A DNA stretch of 64,000 bases from a virus. The DNA lies in IMG/VR virus record IMGVR_UViG_3300042197_000966, positions 12,226 to 76,225 of that record; one strand, given 5' to 3'. The position numbers and the translations under genes were made by a program. A model generated the notes under the pieces. It ran no database searches. It was not told the DNA's origin and saw only the letters and a list, made by a program, of their open reading frames with translations. Shown here in pieces: positions 9,706 through 20,100 of the stretch (within the stretch, counting starts at the first letter, position 1; each line of letters begins with the position of its first letter).

Positions 9706-12700
9706 ATCCGTTGCTAAAACAGATACCTTTGAATCTCAGAGGCAAAAAATTAATTTAATAGCGGCAGACTTATACGACGTACAAACTTCTGTTGGAGAAG
9801 GCGCGTTTAGTATGAGTGATGGAACTCTCCAATCTCCAGCACTATATTTTACAAATGCTAACGATGTTGGTTTATATAGAAGATCATCAAAAGAACTATC
9901 AATAGTTTCTGACGGAAATGCTGTAGCTTCTTTTACTTCTACATATCTAACTTCATTGCAACCATTTAGAACTTTATTATCATCAGTACAAACTGGAAGT
10001 GGTGGCACTACTGTATCAGCAGTTGGTTCTGGATATAATCTAGGAACAAATATAAAAATTCCATTAACTGGTGGCAGTGGTTCTGGTGCAGTAGCAACGA
10101 TTACCACTAGCAATAGTGGAAATATTACGAATGCTGGAAGTTCATACGCTGGTGGTGTATATACTAACGTTCCATTAACTGGCGGCACTGGAACAGGTGC
10201 GTTGGCATCTATTACAGTACTGGCATGGGCAGGTAGTGTAAGTGCTCCTGGAACTGGTGGAACCGCTGGTACTTATAATAATGTTACTTTAACAAACGTC
10301 AGTGGTTCTGGTTCTGGTGCTACTGCCAACATATTAGTTGGTGGTGCTGGAGGAGTAGCTACAGTAACTGTTGTTAACAAAGGATCTGGATATAAACAAG
10401 GAGACGTTTTAACAGCGTCTTCTGGAAGTATTGGCGGAACAACAGGATTTCAATTTACTTTATCTGGTGGCGGAGAAGTTTCTAATGTTTTAATAACAAC
10501 TGGTGGAACTGGTTATGCTGTTGGAAATGTACTATCCGCTTCAAATGCTAATTTGGGAAATGGCAGTCCAGCTGGATCTGGTTTTCAATATACACTAACT
10601 TCTATTGGTGCTGTCACTGCAGTTAGTGTCACAAATGGTGGTGACAATTATGTTATTGGAGATATATTGAGTTTTGATAGTAATTTAATTGCTCCAGTAA
10701 CAACATATCATGTGAAGATGGAGTTGTGCCAATTAGTAGAATTTTCATCTCCAAATCCAACTACAGGTTTTAATGTTGGTGACACTTTAACATACAATGG
10801 ACAAACTTTTAATATTGTAAAAAGATTTACATCTGGATCAAATATTACTGCTGTTACTGTTCAAGTAACAGCATTTGATCAATTGAGTTTTTCTAATGGT
10901 CTTACTGCAACTTCTTCTGGAGGTGGAGGATCTCCTACAGTATCCGCCATTACAACAGCATTAAATTACTTTTTTTCATCAACTGGACCCGCTGGAACTT
11001 ATACAAATATTCCAGATTTCACGTTTCAAAAAAATGTTCGTTATGTTTTTGAGCAATCAGATCCATCAAATATTGGACACCCATTAAGATTTAGTACAAC
11101 AAGAGATGGATTTCATACAGTACTTAATTTATTTCCAACTACGTATGGAGTAAAATACGAAGGAGATGAGGTAGATTATAATTATACATCAACATCTTTA
11201 TCTATAGTTCCAAATGATAGCACCCCAACAACTCTTTATTACTACTGCGATGCAGGAACTCCTGGTGGAGCATCTCACTTAGATGAAGGTGGTTTTAATA
11301 ATCGTGAAGGAGTAATTACAGTAAGTGGAACTGGAGCAATTTCTGGTAGCGGAGCACAGATTACTGTTTCCGATATTGATGTTAGTTCAAATATAATTTT
11401 AGAAAAAGACGGCACTGCTACTCTTGGCAATACTACGGCATCAAATATTACAGCATCTGGCAATTTAAATATTAGTGGTATATCAACATTAAATAATGAT
11501 CTGATTATTGGTTCAAACACTTTCACCGTAGATGCTCAAACGGGAGATACTGTTGTAGATGGAGATCTTACCATAAATGGAGAATTTTCAATAACAACAA
11601 GTGCCAATTTGGCAAATACATTATACATAGATGCCATCAATAATAGAGTTGGTATTAATAAAGATCCGTCAATTACGCCACTAACAGAAGCATTTGAAAT
11701 TACAGGAGGTATTGTAAATAGTGGAGATACTTATCTTTCATCAGATTTAAATAAAATAGTACGAATTGGAGATACGACTAATCTTTCTGGAACATCAAGA
11801 TTACAAGTTGACGGATCAGTTCTCTCTACTGGTGGTTATCAAGCAACTTCATCCGATGATATTAAAACTCCAGTATACGCAATAAGAGGCAATACAAGAT
11901 ATGGACTTGCATTTAATACTGGATCGTTAGCACTATCTGTTGCAGTAGGAAGTGGAGAAGCATTAAAATTTACAAATCTACTGACGACATCATATAGAAG
12001 TTTAAACTTTGATTATAAAACTATCACATCAACATCAATAACTGGTGGATCTGGATATACAGATGGTTCATACTCTGGAATACAACCATCAGGAGGATCT
12101 GGAACTGGTTTGACGTTAAACGCAACTGTTTCTGGAAACGCATTAACTTCAGTTACTGTAACCGATAATGGTATTGGTTATGAAGTTGGCGATGTATTGG
12201 TAATTCCTCTCCCTGGAACTTTAGGAGCAACTGGAGCAACACTAACAATAAACAACATAACAACGGCAACAACAATTTCTACTGATGTTGCAACTGGTGT
12301 TATCACAGCAAGTGCTCTCAACACAACAGGATCTGGAATTACTGTTGATAATAAACTCAATATTGATGGTACTACTATTACATCAACTCAAGATGAAGAT
12401 ATCACAATTGCTCCAGGAGCATCTTCTAGACTTCTTTCAGTTACTGGAACTGGTGGTGTAAAACTTCCAGTTGGAAATTCCACAAACAGACCATCTGCTA
12501 CAACAGCTGGCATCATTAGATATAATACACAAACCTCACAGTATGAAGGATCAAATGGTGTTAATTTTATTTCCCTAGGTGGTGTCAGAGATGTTGATGG
12601 AAATACTTATATTATTGCTGAAGAAACTGTAGGTGCGAATGATAATATTTTATATTTCTTCAACGATGGATCTAATTCAGCAAGATTGTCTAGAACAGAA

Positions 12701-13546
12701 CTTGTTTTAACAACTGCAAATAAAATTACTTCGAGAGACACTGATGGAAAACAGTTGTGGAAACCAACGACTGCTTACACTCTGAATACATTTGTTTATT
12801 ACTTAGATAACATTTATCAAGTAACCACGGCAGGAACTACTGGAACTGTAGCACCTACTCACACTACTGGAGCTGTTGCAAACGGAAGTGCAACTTTAAC
12901 TTGGGTAAGCGATAGTTACGCAAATCTAGAAATACGTGGAGATGAAATTAAGTTAGGAGTAAGAGTTAATATTGACGATAAATTGAGTGTATATGGTTAT
13001 GCTACAAATAACTTAATTTTTGAAAGTGGATTGAACAACACCAAGTTCGCATTTGGAAATATCTTGGGAGTTCCAGATACTCTCTTAACTTTAAATGGAA
13101 CAACTGGTTCTTTAGTAATTAATAGAAATTTTGATGTTTCTTCAACTGAAGATAATATTAGCATCTTAGATAAGACCCTAAAATTCTTTGAACTGACTGA
13201 TATTCGCAATGAAATGACATCAACAACTCTAGTCAAAGGAACCAGTAATGTCGCAAACGTGACTGTATACAGTCCAACAGTTCATGCATCTGCAAAGATT
13301 TTAGTATCTGCCGATAATCTAACAACTGGTGATAAACAGATTGTTGAATATAACGTCATACATAAAGGAACAGATATTGTTGCTGTTCAATATGGAAATA
13401 TAAATACGGCTAACAGCGATCTGTTTGTTGGATCATTTGATTTTGATGTGTCTAATAATGTCAGATTTACTGCAACTCTTGCAACTAGTGTTGCATCTGG
13501 TGATAATGTGAAAATAGTTGTTAATAAAACACAAATCAAGAAGTAA
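9692..13546 (+). CDS. Tail fibre-like structural protein, 1284 aa, with Gly/Thr repeats, cupredoxin-like and CBM-like modules
   Basis: N-terminal [15 protein letters not shown]; repeated GSGY...LTGGSGSGA units; [10 protein letters not shown]...GIIRYN motif. Confidence 0.75.
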   Translation: MAILRSVAKTDTFESQRQKINLIAADLYDVQTSVGEGAFSMSDGTLQSPALYFTNANDVGLYRRSSKELSIVSDGNAVASFTSTYLTSLQPFRTLLSSVQTGSGGTTVSAVGSGYNLGTNIKIPLTGGSGSGAVATITTSNSGNITNAGSSYAGGVYTNVPLTGGTGTGALASITVLAWAGSVSAPGTGGTAGTYNNVTLTNVSGSGSGATANILVGGAGGVATVTVVNKGSGYKQGDVLTASSGSIGGTTGFQFTLSGGGEVSNVLITTGGTGYAVGNVLSASNANLGNGSPAGSGFQYTLTSIGAVTAVSVTNGGDNYVIGDILSFDSNLIAPVTTYHVKMELCQLVEFSSPNPTTGFNVGDTLTYNGQTFNIVKRFTSGSNITAVTVQVTAFDQLSFSNGLTATSSGGGGSPTVSAITTALNYFFSSTGPAGTYTNIPDFTFQKNVRYVFEQSDPSNIGHPLRFSTTRDGFHTVLNLFPTTYGVKYEGDEVDYNYTSTSLSIVPNDSTPTTLYYYCDAGTPGGASHLDEGGFNNREGVITVSGTGAISGSGAQITVSDIDVSSNIILEKDGTATLGNTTASNITASGNLNISGISTLNNDLIIGSNTFTVDAQTGDTVVDGDLTINGEFSITTSANLANTLYIDAINNRVGINKDPSITPLTEAFEITGGIVNSGDTYLSSDLNKIVRIGDTTNLSGTSRLQVDGSVLSTGGYQATSSDDIKTPVYAIRGNTRYGLAFNTGSLALSVAVGSGEALKFTNLLTTSYRSLNFDYKTITSTSITGGSGYTDGSYSGIQPSGGSGTGLTLNATVSGNALTSVTVTDNGIGYEVGDVLVIPLPGTLGATGATLTINNITTATTISTDVATGVITASALNTTGSGITVDNKLNIDGTTITSTQDEDITIAPGASSRLLSVTGTGGVKLPVGNSTNRPSATTAGIIRYNTQTSQYEGSNGVNFISLGGVRDVDGNTYIIAEETVGANDNILYFFNDGSNSARLSRTELVLTTANKITSRDTDGKQLWKPTTAYTLNTFVYYLDNIYQVTTAGTTGTVAPTHTTGAVANGSATLTWVSDSYANLEIRGDEIKLGVRVNIDDKLSVYGYATNNLIFESGLNNTKFAFGNILGVPDTLLTLNGTTGSLVINRNFDVSSTEDNISILDKTLKFFELTDIRNEMTSTTLVKGTSNVANVTVYSPTVHASAKILVSADNLTTGDKQIVEYNVIHKGTDIVAVQYGNINTANSDLFVGSFDFDVSNNVRFTATLATSVASGDNVKIVVNKTQIKK

Positions 13547-13552
13547 TCAACC

Positions 13553-14059
13553 ATGCCTACTACTATAAAAACTTTCAATTCCAGTGGTGGTTTTGGAATT
13601 AATCAAACTCCATTAATTACAGATACTCTAGACGTTAAAAACGTCAATACTCTGGAGTTGCAAAATTCAAACTTTATTGATGCTTCTAGTAAGAGATATA
13701 TTTTAAGAGGAGTTAGTACAACTATTCTTAGTCAAGACAATGGATCAACTCCAATACCAATTTCAAGCAGCACAATTAATTTTATAACTGCTCACATCAT
13801 TGGAGTTAATCCAACAGGATCTGGTCATTATTCATTTAAAAATGAAACTGTGATTTCTTGTGGTTCGGCAGGTGCCATTTCAATTTTATCTTCTCTGGAT
13901 ACAATTATAAAAGACAGCATTCCAACTGGAGAAACTTGGACTGCTACTCCATATTCTGCGATTGCAAATCAATTCAGTTATTCCAGTACAAGAACTGGAA
14001 CAGCTGTTGCTATTAAATGGTTTGCAAACGTAGAAGTGGTAAAAGTTTTATGGACCTGA
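13553..14059 (+). CDS. Virion structural protein, 168 aa, beta-rich
   Basis: Clean ORF between two fibre genes; FNSSGGFGI N-terminal motif. Confidence 0.65.
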   Translation: MPTTIKTFNSSGGFGINQTPLITDTLDVKNVNTLELQNSNFIDASSKRYILRGVSTTILSQDNGSTPIPISSSTINFITAHIIGVNPTGSGHYSFKNETVISCGSAGAISILSSLDTIIKDSIPTGETWTATPYSAIANQFSYSSTRTGTAVAIKWFANVEVVKVLWT

Positions 14060-14062
14060 TGC

Positions 14063-14068
14063 TAAATA
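14063..14068 (+). promoter_or_regulatory. Late promoter core TAAATA
   Basis: GCTAAATAAT in the gap upstream of the 2947-aa gene. Confidence 0.7.
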
Positions 14069-14110
14069 ATACAAGAATAGATACCAGAACTCTCGGAGCA
14101 CCAAGGGCAA

Positions 14111-17100
14111 ATGAGTTTAGAATTTAATGCTGACAAACAGTATCTTAAGGGAACCAAACCTTACGTTCTAGGAACAAGCGAATTTACGATACGTGCTGGA
14201 ACAGGAGCAAGTGAAAAAGAGGTTATGCGTTGGCAGCTAGATGCAACGCAGCAACTTACCCGTGTAGGTATTAACAGAAATGGTCAGCAAGTTGAAAAAA
14301 TTACATTAACAAATACTGGTGGTGGTTATTCTTCTACTCCAACAGTTACGATCAGTGCTCCAAATTTAGCAACTGGAAGGCAAGCGACAGCAAGTGCCTT
14401 GATTAACTTAGGAACAGTTGCTGCAATTATTGTAGATGATCCTGGCAATGGATATACATCTACCCCAACTGTTACTATTTCTGGCGGTGCTGGTAATGGA
14501 GCGACTGCTACAGCAACTCTTAATAGTATTGAATATGAATTAGATGTTAATGGTGCTATAAGAACTTCCACGTCCATTATTTCTGATACAGCAAGAGTTA
14601 TTAACCTAGATTTCGTTAATCTAACAACTGCTGATGGAACATTTCGTGCTCCATATTTAAAACTATATGCTAATAATACTGGAACATCCTGGTTAGCATC
14701 TACGGTTGTTAGCAAAAATACTTTTAGATATTTTGGAGATAATATCTATCGTGTAAATCAAGATGGAACAACTGGAACAAATGCTCCAATTCATACAAGT
14801 GGTGAAGTCGCAAATGGAACTACAATACTGGAACATGTAGGATATAGAGTAAATAGTCCTTCTTTGCCTCATTATGGAATAACGGGTGATGGAATATTCC
14901 CAAGATCTATTACTCCTCTTCAAGGTGATAGATCAAATAAAATTGCTACAACTGAATATGTTTTAAGTCTTGCTACAAATGACGTTGGTGGTCGTATCTA
15001 TGTTTCTGAACAAATTGGAGATGACGCAAACGATGGTCGTTCGGCAGTAAATCCAGTTAGAACAATTAAAAGAGCCTGTCAAATTGCTACTGGAACTGTT
15101 GGAGTAAGAGAAACTGTTATTATTTCTGGTGGCGATTATGTAGAAGATAATCCAATTTCAATTCCACCTGATTGTTCTATTGTAGGAGATTCACTTCGCA
15201 TTGTTAATGTCAGACCCCTGAACGGTGGTAAGCACATGTTCAAGTTTGCCGACAAAAATTATATTACTGGTATTACATTTAGAGATCGCCTAGATTCAGC
15301 TGGAAATCCCATACAGACATGGGACTATGCTTGTGCATTTGACGATAAGCAAAGAATTTACTATGATTCAAATAGTGGCGGTGACTATGGTAGGGATTTT
15401 CCTATTGGTTATCAAATATTTGGAAGACAAGAATACAGAATTACATTTTCAGAAAATACTGGTAATGCTCAAATAGCAGTTGGAGAAACTATTTGGGGAG
15501 AAACAAATAACGCAAATGCCACTGTAACTAATGTATTCTATAATGCAACAACTGGAGCATCTGCATATGATACAGGATATATCGATGTTGTTTTAAATCA
15601 AAATAGTAACCAGTTAAGCACTGGAGATAGATTTAGATATGGTGGTCCTGCTCCAAGTCTAGGAACTTTTACACAACCTTGGTTAGCTAATACATCGTTT
15701 CCTGCTAATGTTTATCTATGGACTACTGGAACTAGTGGAAATCCTGGTCGCGTATATTTAACGACTGCGGCAGTTACGACTGGAGCTGCTACTCCATCAC
15801 ATACATCTGGTACAGTTTCAAATCTTTTATATATCAGAGATCGTCTCCAATTTACTTCTTCAACAATTACTTCTATTAGACCAGAAGGAGAAATTGTATC
15901 AAAGGGAGAAGATTTAATATCTCAACTTCCAATTACAAGAATTGATGCTTCGGTTGCAACATATAACACATATGGTGGTGTAGTAATTTACACCAATCCA
16001 CTTGTAGGTGCATCTAACGTTCATAACTTCAAAGAAAATGAAGAGATTGAAATTTTTGGTTTGCCAACATCGTCACCAGATCTTTCTTGGTTGAATGGAA
16101 AACAACGAGTTTATAAAATTATTGAAGATGCTGATGCTAGATCAAGAAGAATTGTTATTGCAAAGGAAGGAAATAGAGTAGGATTTACACAGAGCAACTA
16201 TGCACCACTATCTGCTTATGTAAGATCATATTCATATTACTTTACTCTTTCCCTTCTCAATTCACCATATAAGTTTCCAATAACAGATTATGTAAGTAGA
16301 AGATATCAAGATGCTTGTAATTTAATTCGCAATAATCTTGAATTTATTAAAGATGAAACTTATCAAATTATCGAAGATGAATTTAGTCCCAATTTTACTA
16401 TAAGTTCTATTGTACCAACAACTGGAACTGGTTTGGATCTAGGAAAAGTAATTGTAAGAATAACAACATCTGTTCCTCATGGGTTCTATGTTTCTGATAA
16501 TGTCACCATTAAAAAGACAACATTTGCATCTGGTCTTTTAAATGGAAATTATATTGTTACAAATAGAGTAAGCTCTACAGTATTAGAAGTTCAATATACT
16601 GGCACAGTTGCAACATTAGGATTAACTTCTGGAACTACTTATAATAATGCAGCAATTGGAACATCTTCTTTTATACAAAGAGGATTTGTAATTCCAAGCG
16701 AGACAAAGTGCCGTAGAGACATCGGGCATTTTGTCAATGCCATCATCATGGATCTTGAGTATGGCGGAAACTACCATGTGGTAGAAGCTGCAAAGAGATA
16801 CAGAAACAATGGTGTTCTTGGATATGTTGGTAACGAACTTGCATACACTGTAAGATCTCTTGAGGTTGCTAGGAGATTGTGCATTTATGCAATGCGTAAC
16901 TGGAGATTGGAAGATGGTAAATATTCTCAACCAACTTATACTCCAAAATTCTCATCATTAAGTCGTTACTTTGATTTAACTGTAACAGAAGATACTTCTG
17001 GTGCAACCACAAATGGATTTACTTGTTCTGATGTAGCAAGTGCTATTACTACATTAGCATATCTTTATACTGATGTTTTATGCAATAAGACAGTAACCAA

Positions 17101-20100
17101 TAGTCCTACCGTAGGAACTATGGAGGATGCTGGTTACCTCATCATGGCAAACGCGGACTTCATTGCTTCAGAAGCATCTGAGTTTGCCTATGCACAGTTC
17201 CCAGTCGTTGCAGCGTCGCTTACAGATGACCAGAAGAGAAAGTGTAAGAGAGATATTCGTTATATCCTTTCTGGACTGACAAGAGACCTTATTGGTGGTG
17301 GTAACAGTGGAATTGTTACGGCAGCAGAATCATATTTTACAGGAAATACTTTATCTGGCATTCCATCGAATGAACTTGCTGCTACTCGTTCTGCATTTTC
17401 AAGAGCAAGAGATCTTTCAATTCAGGCAATTCGTAACTGGAGTAATGGAACTGTTACTACAAGGACCGCAACAACTGCAACATATAACTCAACCAGTGGC
17501 GTTCTTACCGTAACATTCCCAACTCCAACCACTCCAGTCACAACTGCACATAAATTAGCATTCAAAGAACGTGCATTAACATTTAGTTGTGCATCTGATG
17601 GTGGTGGAAACTTAGCAAGTCCTCAACCAACAGATAGAAACTATGGTAAGAGTTTATCAATTTCCAATGTAACAACTGGTGGTGGAAATCAAACGGTTAC
17701 TGTTAATGTTGGTGCTGCTGGAACGGCAGCTGGCGTTGCTCATACATTTGTAAGTGCATTGGCAAATGGAGTTATCATTATCTACGATCCAGTAACTCCA
17801 ACATACGAAACAAACATCACAAGAGTAGAAGATTGGAACATTGCTCTATATGGTTCAAATCCACTTTGCGCTAACGTAGCATCTGCAATTACTACAGAAT
17901 TTACAACTCTTGATAACATTCTAGGTGGCACTGTTCTTCCTGGAGCAACAACAAAAACATATGGAACTTTATATGATCCAACGGTAACATATCCAACAGG
18001 TGTCATGATTGACAATGATGGATATTATATTACACCAAGAGGAAGATGGGATGATCTTCCAATCATTGAAGCTTCTCCATACATTCAAAATGCTTCAGTA
18101 ATCTCATTTAAAGGTGGAGGTGGATGTGAGGTTGATGGATCTAAAGTCAAACAACCAAACTGTCCTTTCCCTGGATTAGAAGCAGATGGTTCTGCAACTT
18201 ATCCAAATCAAGGTAAATCAATGGTTGCGGCACAATTTACGATTGTGTCATTTGGTGGAACTGGTTACAAAATTGTAAAAGATGGATATACTCAGTTAGT
18301 TTCGGTATTCGTTCTCTTCTGTAAAGATGGAGTATTAGCAGAATCTGGTGGATATGTATCAATTACAAACGCCGCTACAAACTTTGGTATCTATGCTCTA
18401 CGTGCTGTGGGTTATAGAGAAAATGCTTATTCTTTTGATACTGGAATAATTACAAACGTAAGTGAAACAGTAACTGGAAGAACTATTCTAACAGTAGGAA
18501 GTCTTGGTAGAAAACCATTAGAGCACTATGTTCTTAAAATCGATGGTTATACAAATCAAGGCGAATCAATCGAATACTTTATTGAAAAAGTAACATCCGC
18601 TTCTGTTGGACCTATTTTCACTGCAACGTTTGAAGTCAATGCTGCTATGTTATTAACGAGAACTTCCGATGGAGCTCTCTTTAATTCTCCACTATCTGGT
18701 GCAGAATTTACAGGAAAAACTATAAAACTACATAGACCATCTATTGTTAATTCCTCTGGTCATACTTGGGAATTTGCTGGAGCAGGAACAAATTATAAAG
18801 CTCTACCAGAAAATGGCGGTAAGAAGATCGAAGCATATGAGCAGGTATCGGAAAACTATGGTCGTGTTTATACATCTGGTACTGATGAACTTGGTGACTT
18901 CAAAGTAGGTTATTTTGCTAAGATTGAGAACAGAACTGGTAACATTACATTTACTGGAACGGTTTCTATCTCAGAAGTTGAATTCCTCAAGCTAAAAGGT
19001 GGAGATGTTGTTGTTACTGGATTTACTTCTGATAACACCCTAGGCGGTGCTGCATCATCAAATAGTTTGCTTCCAACCCAAAAAGCAGTTAAAGATTATA
19101 TCACAACTAACCTAGGAACATATATTAATAAACCATATTCAACCAATGCTGTTCCAAGAGCACTTGTTGAACTAACCGATAGCGGAAAGATTTCAATTGA
19201 TCAAATCCCTGCCTTAAGACCATTCAGTGTGTATACTGTTGCCGACCAAGCAGAGAGATTAAAACTAGAAGGAGCACTTGCTGGTGACATTGCAATCGAG
19301 CAAGACACATCAACATCGTATATTTTAAATAATGATTTAACAAGTCTATTCTTAGGATTTGCTGTCAATCAGGCACTTCAATTTACAATAAACAATCTCT
19401 TTGTTGGAACGCCAGGTGGAGGTCAAATTCAAGCAAAAGAGTATAGGCAAGGTGTAGTTTATCAAATCAATATTACAAATGGTGGAAGTGGTTATTCTAG
19501 TGCTCCTAGCGTAACGTTTAGTGCTCCACAGCAAGGTGGTGGTGTTACCGCTACTGCAGTAGCGACAGTTGCTAATGGTCAGGTTACTACCATTACTATC
19601 ACTGAGACTGGAGGATTGAAAGGTGGTAGAGGATATACTTCTGCCCCAACGATTACCATTGCTTCTCCTGGTGGAGCTGGAACAACTGCTACTGCAACAT
19701 GTTTGATTGAGAGCAGATTGTATGGTAATATAACAAACAATATAAAGATAGTAGATATAGATACAATACAATCTTCCAATGGAACTCCAATAACTGTTGA
19801 TATCAATCGTGTTGTAAATACTTCAGCATTTACAGCATCAAACTGGGTATCACTCTCCTCAAATCAAGTTGCGGCAGATCAAATTACTTCTGGTGTAATT
19901 GCCACAACAAGACTAGCAAGTAATTCTGGTGCTGCTAACTCAACAACCTTCTTAAGAGGTGATCAAACATATGCGCCAGTTATCCAGTCTATCAAAGGTG
20001 TTGAAACAAGATATTTTGTAAAGACTTCAAATCAGACAAATTCTGGTGGTCAGCAACTGTTCTTTACAGAAGCACAGGCAGCTACAATCCTAAAAGGTCA

